Shown: in pieces, positions 56,904 to 64,000 of the stretch
How positions within the stretch are numbered: the stretch's first letter is position 1
How the letters are laid out: the number at the start of each line of letters is the position of its first letter
Assembly (NCBI GenBank): GCA_043721855.1
Contig: JAYSPY010000002.1
Span: 8,434-72,433, forward strand
From: Pseudorhodobacter sp.
Lineage (GTDB): Bacteria > Pseudomonadota > Alphaproteobacteria > Rhodobacterales > Rhodobacteraceae
DNA length: 64,000 nucleotides
Direction of reading: 5' to 3'
Made by a program: the position numbers and the translations under genes
The notes under the pieces: generated by a model
Seen by the model: the letters and a program-made list of their open reading frames with translations, nothing else
Told to the model about the DNA's origin: nothing
Databases searched by the model: none

Positions 56904-59900
56904 TCACCCCAAAGCGTCATTGCAACGCGCACAGGTGCCCGCGTGTTTATGCGTGCCCACATCCGGAAGCACCCGCCAGCAACGCTCGCATTTCTGGCCC
57001 TTGGCAGGGTGAAAGATCACATGTCGCGGCGATCCGGGCACGAAATCCACAGCCTCCGGCTGCCCGGATTTCAACTCGATCCCCGATGTGATACAGAATT
57101 CATCGAAATCCTGCGCAAACACATCCAGCCCGCCAACGCGGTCCAGCATCGCCGCATCGCCCGCGAAATACACCACCGGATGCGCCTCTAGACTTGACCC
57201 GATTTCCTTTTTCACCCGGAACACTTCGATCGCCTCGGTCACATCCTTGCGCACCAGCCGCTTGTAATCCATCCGCGCAGCCAGCCCCTCGTTCAGCCAC
57301 ACCGCCGGCGTTTCCGGGAAATCAACCAGATGCACAGACGACGCCTCGCCCGGATGCCGTTCCAGCCAGACCTCTTCCATGGTGAACACCAAGATCGGTG
57401 CCAGCCACGTGGTCAGACGGTGGAACAGGATATCCAAAACCGTCCGCGCCGACCGCCGTTTCAGGCTGCTGGCCGCATCGCAATACAGGCTGTCCTTGCG
57501 CACGTCGAAATAAACGGAAGACAAATCCCCCGTCGCAAACGCAAACAGCTTTTGGAACACGCCTTGGAAATCATAGGCCGCATAACCCTTGCGCACCTCG
57601 ATATCCAGTTCCGCCAGACGGTGCAAAACCCATCGCTCCAACTCCGGCATATCGGCAGCATCCACTTTTTCAGCGTCGGTAAACCCGGCCAAATTTCCCA
57701 GCAAAAACCGCATCGTGTTGCGCAGACGGCGGTAGCTATCGGCAGCGCCTTTCAAAATCTCTTTGCCGATCCGCAGATCAATTGTGTAGTCAGATTGCGC
57801 CACCCAAAGCCGCAGAATATCGGCACCGTATTCGTCAATCACCGTCTGCGGGGCCGTGGTGTTGCCCAGTGATTTGGACATTTTCATGCCCTTCTCATCC
57901 AGCGTAAACCCATGCGTCAGCACAGCCCTGTAAGGCGCGCGCCCCTTGGTGCCACAGGCCTGCAGCATGGATGAATGGAACCAACCCCGGTGCTGATCGG
58001 TGCCTTCCAGATACAGATCGGCGAGGCCATCCACAGACCCATCCGCCCGGTCACGCAGCACAAACGCATGGGTGGAGCCTGAATCAAACCACACATCCAG
58101 CACGTCGAACACTTGATCATAAGCCTCAGGATCAACGATGCCAGCCAGCACCTTTTCCTTGAACCCGGCCACATACCAGACATCGGCGCCGTCCGCCTCA
58201 AACGCCGCGATGATGCGGGCGTTCACCGCCTCGTCACGCAGCAGGAAATCTGCATCCATCGGACGCGCACCCTTTTTCACAAAACAGGTCAAAGGCACGC
58301 CCCAGGCCCGCTGCCTGCTTAGCACCCAATCAGGCCGCGCCTCGATCATCGAATGCAGCCGGTTGCGCCCGGTTTTCGGCGTCCAATCGACGAGGCGGTC
58401 AATCGAGGTCAACGCCCGCGCGCGGATCGTATCGCCATAAGTGCCCATGCCATCGTCCAGCTTTTTATCAATCGCGACAAACCACTGCGGCGTGTTGCGA
58501 TAGATCACCGGGGCTTTGGACCGCCACGAATGCGGATAGGAATGCTTCAACTTGCCCTTGGCAAACAGCGCGCCCGCATAGGCCAGCTGCTTGATCACCG
58601 ACACATTGGCCGGCCCTTCCTTGCCATCCGGCAAGATGATGTGCTGGCCACCGAACAGTGGGAGCGAGTCGCGGTAAGAGCCGTCGGGTTCGACGTTGTA
58701 GGTCATCGGCAACCCGAATTTCAGCCCAAGCTGATAATCATCATCGCCGTGGCTGGGGGCGGTATGCACAAACCCCGTGCCCGCATCATCGGTGACGTGG
58801 TCACCGGGGAGCATAGGGACATCATAGTCCCATTCGCCATTGCCGCCTTCGATGCCACGGAACGGGTGGGCGAGAGTCATTGAATTAAGTGCATCGCCAG
58901 ATACCGGGCGACGGCCTTCCCATTCCTCGATCTTGGCTGCTGATTTCACCAACTCGGAAAGCTTTTCCGCGACGATAATACGCTCACCAACCTTTACGGC
59001 GCTTCCCTCGCCAACCGCCAAAACCGTGTATAGTCTATATTCAATGCCATTGAAGTGCCCATGCGCAACCGCGCGGTTTTGCGGAATTGTCCAAGGTGTC
59101 GTAGTCCAGATTACAACACTTGCGCCAACAAGATTCTTGCGACTTTCTTCGGTATTAACTTGATCGAACGGCATCGTATCCAATGCGGCGACACCTTGTG
59201 AAAAAGTGTCATCACCAACATCAATCACCCTAAACCGCACCCAAACCTGATGCGAGGTATGGTCGTGATACTCCACCTCCGCCTCGGCCAATGCCGTCTT
59301 CTCCACTGGCGACCACATCACAGGCTTGCTGCCCTGATACACCGACCCGTTCATCAAAAACTGCATGAATTCGCCCGCAATCACCGCCTCGGCGTGGAAA
59401 TCCATCGTCTTGTAGGGGTCGGCCCAATTCCCCGTCACGCCCAGCCGCTTGAATTCCTCGCGCTGGATATCGACCCAGCCATCGGCGAATTTGCGGCATT
59501 CCTGACGGAAGGCCACCTTGTCGACCGCGTCTTTATCCTCGCCCCGCGCGCGGTATTGTTCCTCGATCTTCCATTCAATCGGCAGCCCGTGGCAATCCCA
59601 CCCCGGCACATAACGGGCGTCTTTCCCCATCATCTGCTGGGACCGCACCACCATGTCTTTCAACACCTTGTTCAGCGCATGGCCGATGTGCAGATGCCCA
59701 TTGGCATAGGGCGGGCCGTCATGCAGGGTGAACGGCACGCGCGCGCCCGCCTTTTCCCGCAACCGGTCATAAACCCCGATCTCTTCCCACCGCGCCAACC
59801 AGTCCGGTTCGCGCGCAGGCAACCCCGCCCGCATCGGAAAGGCAGTTTCCGGCAAAAACACAGTGTCACGGTAGTCGGGCAAGTCGTTTGAAAGCAGGTC

Positions 59901-59987
59901 GGCGGCGGGCAGGTCGGTGACTGGCGTATCGGCGCACATCAGATGCGGGTCCTTAAGACTGAATTTGAGGGGGGCAGTCGGGGGCAT
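56904..59987 (-). CDS. ileS: Isoleucine--tRNA ligase
   Basis: PYANGHLHIGHALNK (HIGH), KMSKSLGN (KMSKS), CP1 editing domain, C-terminal Zn ribbon CERCW...CARC. ATG at 59939 is an alternative start. Confidence 0.97.
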   Translation of the reverse strand: MPPTAPLKFSLKDPHLMCADTPVTDLPAADLLSNDLPDYRDTVFLPETAFPMRAGLPAREPDWLARWEEIGVYDRLREKAGARVPFTLHDGPPYANGHLHIGHALNKVLKDMVVRSQQMMGKDARYVPGWDCHGLPIEWKIEEQYRARGEDKDAVDKVAFRQECRKFADGWVDIQREEFKRLGVTGNWADPYKTMDFHAEAVIAGEFMQFLMNGSVYQGSKPVMWSPVEKTALAEAEVEYHDHTSHQVWVRFRVIDVGDDTFSQGVAALDTMPFDQVNTEESRKNLVGASVVIWTTTPWTIPQNRAVAHGHFNGIEYRLYTVLAVGEGSAVKVGERIIVAEKLSELVKSAAKIEEWEGRRPVSGDALNSMTLAHPFRGIEGGNGEWDYDVPMLPGDHVTDDAGTGFVHTAPSHGDDDYQLGLKFGLPMTYNVEPDGSYRDSLPLFGGQHIILPDGKEGPANVSVIKQLAYAGALFAKGKLKHSYPHSWRSKAPVIYRNTPQWFVAIDKKLDDGMGTYGDTIRARALTSIDRLVDWTPKTGRNRLHSMIEARPDWVLSRQRAWGVPLTCFVKKGARPMDADFLLRDEAVNARIIAAFEADGADVWYVAGFKEKVLAGIVDPEAYDQVFDVLDVWFDSGSTHAFVLRDRADGSVDGLADLYLEGTDQHRGWFHSSMLQACGTKGRAPYRAVLTHGFTLDEKGMKMSKSLGNTTAPQTVIDEYGADILRLWVAQSDYTIDLRIGKEILKGAADSYRRLRNTMRFLLGNLAGFTDAEKVDAADMPELERWVLHRLAELDIEVRKGYAAYDFQGVFQKLFAFATGDLSSVYFDVRKDSLYCDAASSLKRRSARTVLDILFHRLTTWLAPILVFTMEEVWLERHPGEASSVHLVDFPETPAVWLNEGLAARMDYKRLVRKDVTEAIEVFRVKKEIGSSLEAHPVVYFAGDAAMLDRVGGLDVFAQDFDEFCITSGIELKSGQPEAVDFVPGSPRHVIFHPAKGQKCERCWRVLPDVGTHKHAGTCARCNDALG

Positions 59988-60181
59988 ACAAACCCCGGTC
60001 CGGCGCGTCTGGTATCAGACCGCCGGGCATATAATTCGGGCAATGATCGCCAAACGCATCTGCATAGAGCTTCTATACAAGGCGCGCGACAAAGGGTCCA
60101 GCCTTTGAAATATCGCCACTTTGCAGATGCAGTCCCGCGCCAACCCGGTTAGGCTATCCCCACCACAACCGCGAGGCTGCT

Positions 60182-60550
60182 ATGAAAGAACCCTCCGTCA
60201 ACGTGCTTGGCACAGCATTGCAGCCCTGCTCCACCGCGCCCTTGACCGGGTTTTTCCGCAATGGCTGCTGCGATACCGGCCCGCAGGATCAGGGTCTGCA
60301 CACCGTCTGCGCGGTGATGACGGCGGAATTTCTGGCGCTGTCAAAATACCTTGGCAACGATCTGTCCACCCCGCGCCCGGAATACGGCTTTGCGGGCCTT
60401 AAAGCGGGTGACAAATGGTGCCTCTGCGCCACGCGATTCCTGCAAGCGCACGAAGAAGGCGCCGCCCCAAAGGTGCGCCTAAGCGCCACCCACACCAAAA
60501 CGCTGTCCATCGTGTCGCTGGACATTCTGCAACGCTACGCCGCTGATTGA
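60182..60550 (+). CDS. DUF2237 family protein
   Basis: NVLGTALQPCSTAPLTGFFRNGCCDTGPQDQGLHTVCAVMTAEFL...GDKWCLCATRF. Confidence 0.8.
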   Translation: MKEPSVNVLGTALQPCSTAPLTGFFRNGCCDTGPQDQGLHTVCAVMTAEFLALSKYLGNDLSTPRPEYGFAGLKAGDKWCLCATRFLQAHEEGAAPKVRLSATHTKTLSIVSLDILQRYAAD

Positions 60551-61059
60551 GGCCGCTCCGCCGCGCCTTTGGGAATCACATCGTCGCGCATCAGATCTTC
60601 GATAAACAGGCTCAGCAATTGCGGCCGCCCGGTGACCCCAGCTTTACGGTAAATCGCATTTGTCTGCGCCTTCACCGTGCCTTCACTGGTCTTGCGCAAC
60701 ACGCCAATTTCCGCCGTGGACATACCCTTGATCGCAAACAGCGCCACATCGCGTTCAGCGGGCGTCAGGCCCCATTCAGCAAACCGTTCTTCCAGCACGT
60801 CCATGAAGACACCCGACGCGCGGCGCAACCTTTTTTCGGCATCGGTCCTGCCACGCAAGGCACGCGCCAACAAAACCGCCCCCAATCCCAGACCCAGCAA
60901 CAAACCAAGCGCCGCACCCAGTTCCAGCAATTCCCGCGCCCGCCAGCTAAGCGGCGCTGATTGCAGCCCCAACACAGATGACAGTATATCCGAAATAAAA
61001 AAAACGGCGCAGAGTGCCTGAATGACAAAGACTATGGCAATAAGCGCCCGCCCCTTCAT
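60535..61059 (-). CDS. Membrane-anchored LuxR/GerE-type HTH transcriptional regulator (two N-terminal TM segments, no receiver or autoinducer domain)
   Basis: TMs IAIVFVIQALCAVFFISDIL and LLELGAALGLLLGLGLGAVLLA. C-terminal LTPAERDVALFAIKGMSTAEIGVLRKTSEGTVKAQTNAIYRKAGV. Confidence 0.8.
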   Translation of the reverse strand: MKGRALIAIVFVIQALCAVFFISDILSSVLGLQSAPLSWRARELLELGAALGLLLGLGLGAVLLARALRGRTDAEKRLRRASGVFMDVLEERFAEWGLTPAERDVALFAIKGMSTAEIGVLRKTSEGTVKAQTNAIYRKAGVTGRPQLLSLFIEDLMRDDVIPKGAAERPQSAA

Positions 61060-61092
61060 CTAACCACCAAGGGCAAAAACCGGCCCCGTATT

Positions 61093-61527
61093 TTAATCAT
61101 CGCCACTACCGCTGCCGCTGTTGTCACTGTCGGCATCACCGCCGCCGCTATTGCCATCAACTTCGTTGTCGTCATCGCTACCGCTGTTATCGCCGCCGCC
61201 ACCATTTTCGTCGCCACCCGGTCCGGATTTGTCGTCGTTTCTGATTCTGACGCCCCATTTTGCTTTTCCATCGTCGGTCAACCAAAGGTCGCGCAAAATT
61301 TCACCTGTGCTGGCGTTGAGGATGATTTCACGCTGCGCGCCGCCACGTTCCGCCAGAATGCGGGTGCGCCCCAGCCATGTGCGCTCCACCTCGATGTCGG
61401 CAAACCCTTGATCGGAAAGCTGAGCCACAATCTGATCGGCAAAACTGGCGGCATATGCCGGGCCAGGCAGCCCAAACTGTGCCCAGATCGTCAGGCAAAC
61501 TGCCGCTGAAAATTGATTGAACGTCAT
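61093..61527 (-). CDS. Secreted PepSY-like protein with Gly/Asp/Ser/Asn-rich acidic tail
   Basis: Signal peptide MTFNQFSAAVCLTIWAQFGLPGPAYA. PepSY-like core DIEVERTWLGRTRILAERGGAQREIILNASTGEILRD. Tail GPGGDENGGGGDNSGSDDDNEVDGNSGGGDADSDNSGSGSGDD. Start trimmed to 61527. Confidence 0.6.
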   Translation of the reverse strand: MTFNQFSAAVCLTIWAQFGLPGPAYAASFADQIVAQLSDQGFADIEVERTWLGRTRILAERGGAQREIILNASTGEILRDLWLTDDGKAKWGVRIRNDDKSGPGGDENGGGGDNSGSDDDNEVDGNSGGGDADSDNSGSGSGDD

Positions 61528-61601
61528 AGTGCCTCTGGTTCGGGCAAGGCTTGTGTGCGCGGTCATTATTCAGCAATCCCTTGAATTGGGCAAGTCAATC
61601 T

Positions 61602-61631
61602 CAGCACGGCCCAGGCCAGCACGGCCCAGGC
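61602..61631. repeat. 15-bp exact tandem duplication (intergenic)
   Basis: CAGCACGGCCCAGGC x2. Confidence 0.9.
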
Positions 61632-61684
61632 CACTTTCACGGCGTCTCGCGTGCTGGCGATTCAGCAAACACAAAAATCAGCAG

Positions 61685-62167
61685 TTATTCGTTCCCGTCT
61701 GCATCAGAGTCGCCGCCGGAATTGTCACCTTCGTGGTCGTCACCTTCGTGGTCATCATGATCGCCATCTTGATCATCACCGTCTTGATCATCACCGTCTT
61801 GATCATCGCTGATATCTTCGTCTTCGGCATCATCGGCGTCCATTTCGGCGTTATCGCCTTCGTCATCCGTAATTTCAAAGTCTTTGTCGGTGGTTTTGAT
61901 CTTAATTCCGGTGCGGCCCAGGTCTTCGGCATCGGCGGGCTGGGTTTCCTGGCTGATGATCTCGCCGGTGCCATTGTCATAGACCACCTCAACCACGTTT
62001 GCGCCCTTCAAGGCCTCAAGCTTGGTTTGGGTGGGGCCCTGCTTTACCTCGACAAAGGTATAGCCATTCGCAAGGTAGCTGTCCGCAAGCACCTGCGGGT
62101 CAATCGCGGCAAATGCCATCTGGCCGCCAAAGATAAAGGCCGCCGTCATCATCAAAGTGCGCTTCAT
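61685..62167 (-). CDS. Secreted PepSY-like protein with Asp/Glu/His-rich repeat tail
   Basis: Signal peptide MKRTLMMTAAFIFGGQMAFA. Core YTFVEVKQGPTQTKLEALKGANVVEVVYDNGTGEIISQE. Tail DDEGDNAEMDADDAEDEDISDDQDGDDQDGDDQDGDHDDHEGDDHEGDNSGGDSDADGNE. Confidence 0.6.
   Translation of the reverse strand: MKRTLMMTAAFIFGGQMAFAAIDPQVLADSYLANGYTFVEVKQGPTQTKLEALKGANVVEVVYDNGTGEIISQETQPADAEDLGRTGIKIKTTDKDFEITDDEGDNAEMDADDAEDEDISDDQDGDDQDGDDQDGDHDDHEGDDHEGDNSGGDSDADGNE
61724..61813 (-). repeat. In-frame 15-bp tandem repeats inside the acidic tail coding region
   Basis: GTCACCTTCGTGGTC x2 (61724-61753, encodes DHEGD x2) and TTGATCATCACCGTC x2 plus a degenerate third copy (61769-61813, encodes DGDDQ x3). Confidence 0.9.
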
Positions 62168-62346
62168 GTGTGATCTTTCATCTATCCTGATCGGCCGCTC
62201 GTGGCGGCAACGAAATCAGAAAGACAATGCAACCCAAGCTTGTATACTGACCTAAGGTTTATTCCCTGTGTTTCTAACCGCAGTTTGTCTGCCTAAACTA
62301 AAGTTTATACCACATGGCATGGTATTTTCGCGCCCAGCGCCACAAA

Positions 62347-62375
62347 TGGAAAAGCCCTGCAGAACCCTGCAGGGC
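62347..62375 (-). terminator. Intrinsic terminator of trpB
   Basis: Minus-strand GCCCTGCAG-GGTT-CTGCAGGGC (perfect 9-bp stem) followed by TTTTCC. Lies 26 nt after the trpB stop. Confidence 0.7.
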
Positions 62376-62400
62376 CTCGAACCACAGTCTTTTCAGTACT

Positions 62401-63633
62401 TCAGATCTTCATATCAAAGCCCAGATGCTTGGCCACCGTGAAAATGTCTTTGTCGCCGCGACCACACATGTTCATCACGATGATATGCTCAGGCGGAAGC
62501 GTAGGTGCGATCTTCATCACATGCGCAAGCGCATGGCTCGGCTCCAGCGCCGGGATGATTCCCTCAAGCGCGCAAGACAACTGAAACGCCTCCAGCGCCT
62601 CGGCGTCGGTGATGCTGACATATTGCGCGCGCTTGGTGTCGTGCAACCAGGCATGTTCCGGCCCGACACCGGGGTAATCAAGGCCGGCGCTGATGGAAAA
62701 CCCCTCCAGTATCTGCCCGTCCGGATCCTGCAACAGATACGTCCGGTTGCCATGCAACACACCGGGCCGCCCGCCGGTCAAGCTGGCGCAATGCTGCATC
62801 CGGTCATCCACGCCCTTGCCGCCAGCCTCCACCCCGATGATGTTCACCGACGGATCATCAAGGAACGGATAGAACAGCCCCATGGCATTAGACCCACCAC
62901 CAATCGCCGCAATCACGGTGTCGGGCAAACGCCCCTCGCCCTCCTGCTCGGCCAACTGCCAGCGCACTTCGCGGCCGATAATGCTTTGGAAATCGCGCAC
63001 CATCGCCGGGTAGGGATGCGGCCCCGCCACGGTGCCAATGCAATAGAACGTATCGCGCACATTGGTCACCCAATCACGCAAGGCATCATTCATCGCGTCC
63101 TTCAAGGTGCCGCGACCGCTGGTCACCGGAATAACCTCTGCCCCCAGCAGCTTCATCCGAAACACGTTCGGTGCCTGGCGTTCGACATCATGCGCGCCCA
63201 TGTAGACCACGCATTGCAGCCCGAACTTGGCGCAGACCGTGGCGGTGGCCACGCCATGCTGGCCGGCCCCGGTTTCGGCGATGATCCGGGTCTTGCCCAT
63301 CCGCCGCGCCAGAATGATCTGGCCCAGCACGTTGTTGATCTTGTGCGCGCCGGTATGGTTCAGCTCGTCGCGTTTCATGTAAATCTTGGCACCCCCGAGG
63401 TGCTTGGTCAGCCGTTCGCAATAATACAACGGGCTTGGCCGCCCGACATAATGCTTCCAGAGCCAATCCATTTCCGCCCAGAACTCCGGGTCGGTCTTGG
63501 CGAATTCATAGCGCGCTTCCAGATCAAGGATCAGCGGCATCAGCGTTTCCGACACAAACCGCCCGCCAAACATGCCAAACCGGCCCGCCTCGTCTGGCCC
63601 GGTCATGAAACTGTTGATCCCGTCTTCCGCCAT
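62401..63633 (-). CDS. trpB: Tryptophan synthase beta chain
   Basis: [10 protein letters not shown] (PLP lysine), GGGSNAMG, full-length. Start trimmed to MAEDGINSF (63633). Confidence 0.97.
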   Translation of the reverse strand: MAEDGINSFMTGPDEAGRFGMFGGRFVSETLMPLILDLEARYEFAKTDPEFWAEMDWLWKHYVGRPSPLYYCERLTKHLGGAKIYMKRDELNHTGAHKINNVLGQIILARRMGKTRIIAETGAGQHGVATATVCAKFGLQCVVYMGAHDVERQAPNVFRMKLLGAEVIPVTSGRGTLKDAMNDALRDWVTNVRDTFYCIGTVAGPHPYPAMVRDFQSIIGREVRWQLAEQEGEGRLPDTVIAAIGGGSNAMGLFYPFLDDPSVNIIGVEAGGKGVDDRMQHCASLTGGRPGVLHGNRTYLLQDPDGQILEGFSISAGLDYPGVGPEHAWLHDTKRAQYVSITDAEALEAFQLSCALEGIIPALEPSHALAHVMKIAPTLPPEHIIVMNMCGRGDKDIFTVAKHLGFDMKI

Positions 63634-63713
63634 GGTCTTGCTCCTGTAAGTCCAAACCCGGTGTAGCTTAGCCAAACGCCAAAGGAAACCACCGCGACCC
63701 TATGTCCCTGCGG

Positions 63714-63736
63714 GCTTCCTTTTCGTAAAAATACTC
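63714..63736 (+). repeat. Dispersed 23-nt intergenic motif, copy C
   Basis: GCTTCCTTTTCGTAAAAATACTC, between trpF and trpB. Confidence 0.6.
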
Positions 63737-63789
63737 ATATTCCGCCATGGGCCAAAGCTAAAGAATCTTCGTCGCAAAAATGTCCAGCT

Positions 63790-64000
63790 TCAACCCGCTG
63801 CCGACACAAACGCGGCGATTAATCCCGCATCCTTTACCCCCGGCGCAGATTCCACGCCAGATGACACATCCACTTGGCGCGCACCCGTCAGCCGTATCGC
63901 CTCGGCCACGTTTTGCGGCGCAAGCCCGCCCGCCAGCATCCACGGCCGCAGCCATTTGCGCCCCACCAACAGCCGCCAATCAAACGCCAAGCCATTGCCG
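63790..64000 (-). CDS. trpF: Phosphoribosylanthranilate isomerase, C-terminal part (gene runs off the right edge)
   Basis: ...[57 protein letters not shown]. Frame stays open to position 64000. Confidence 0.85.
   Translation of the reverse strand, partial: GNGLAFDWRLLVGRKWLRPWMLAGGLAPQNVAEAIRLTGARQVDVSSGVESAPGVKDAGLIAAFVSAAG

Overview
High-GC alphaproteobacterial chromosome segment. Gene content and protein signatures look Rhodobacteraceae-like: a tol-pal cluster with ybgC, pcs, a DUF1127 peptide and a DUF2793 fibre. No rRNA, tRNA, CRISPR array, transposase or integrase was seen; xerC looks like the housekeeping recombinase.

The left ~17 kb is an accessory cell-surface polysaccharide island. 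By eye it is lower in GC than the rest. It carries:
- an oxidoreductase and galE
- an operon of an 856-aa multi-domain glycosyltransferase, a hexapeptide acetyltransferase and a PAPS-type sulfotransferase, linked by overlapping stop/start codons
- a minimal capsule ABC exporter (kpsM, kpsE, kpsT)
- an 814-aa RTX calcium-binding protein with an N-terminal seven-repeat, propeller-like domain
- a second GT2 and manC
- at the island edge, an orphan ~1000-aa DUF2793 phage / gene-transfer-agent-type tail-fibre gene with no other phage genes nearby

The remaining ~47 kb is mostly housekeeping and largely on the minus strand:
- argO/argP, yebC, a DASS transporter and several DMT/MFS transporters
- a ymdB-like phosphoesterase and lhr-pdeM
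- fhs, a chorismate-mutase-like gene and folD
- corA, ftsH, tilS
- cpoB-pal-tolB-tolA-tolR-tolQ-ybgC and ruvCAB
- prmA, msrA, priA, fsa, a DUF484 gene with xerC, pcs
- a frameshifted ogt, ileS, and trpB/trpF

Structure not explained by genes:
- a GTAG-headed REP-like hairpin family, four copies in two size classes, with compensatory stem changes
- a dispersed 23-nt intergenic motif
- two adjacent perfect 23-bp palindromes after priA
- several short tandem repeats
- a G-quadruplex-type tract
- a ~50% GC patch inside ileS
- a membrane-anchored LuxR-type regulator next to two small secreted PepSY-like proteins with extremely acidic repeat tails

All identifications come from reading the translations and the sequence. 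No database search was run.
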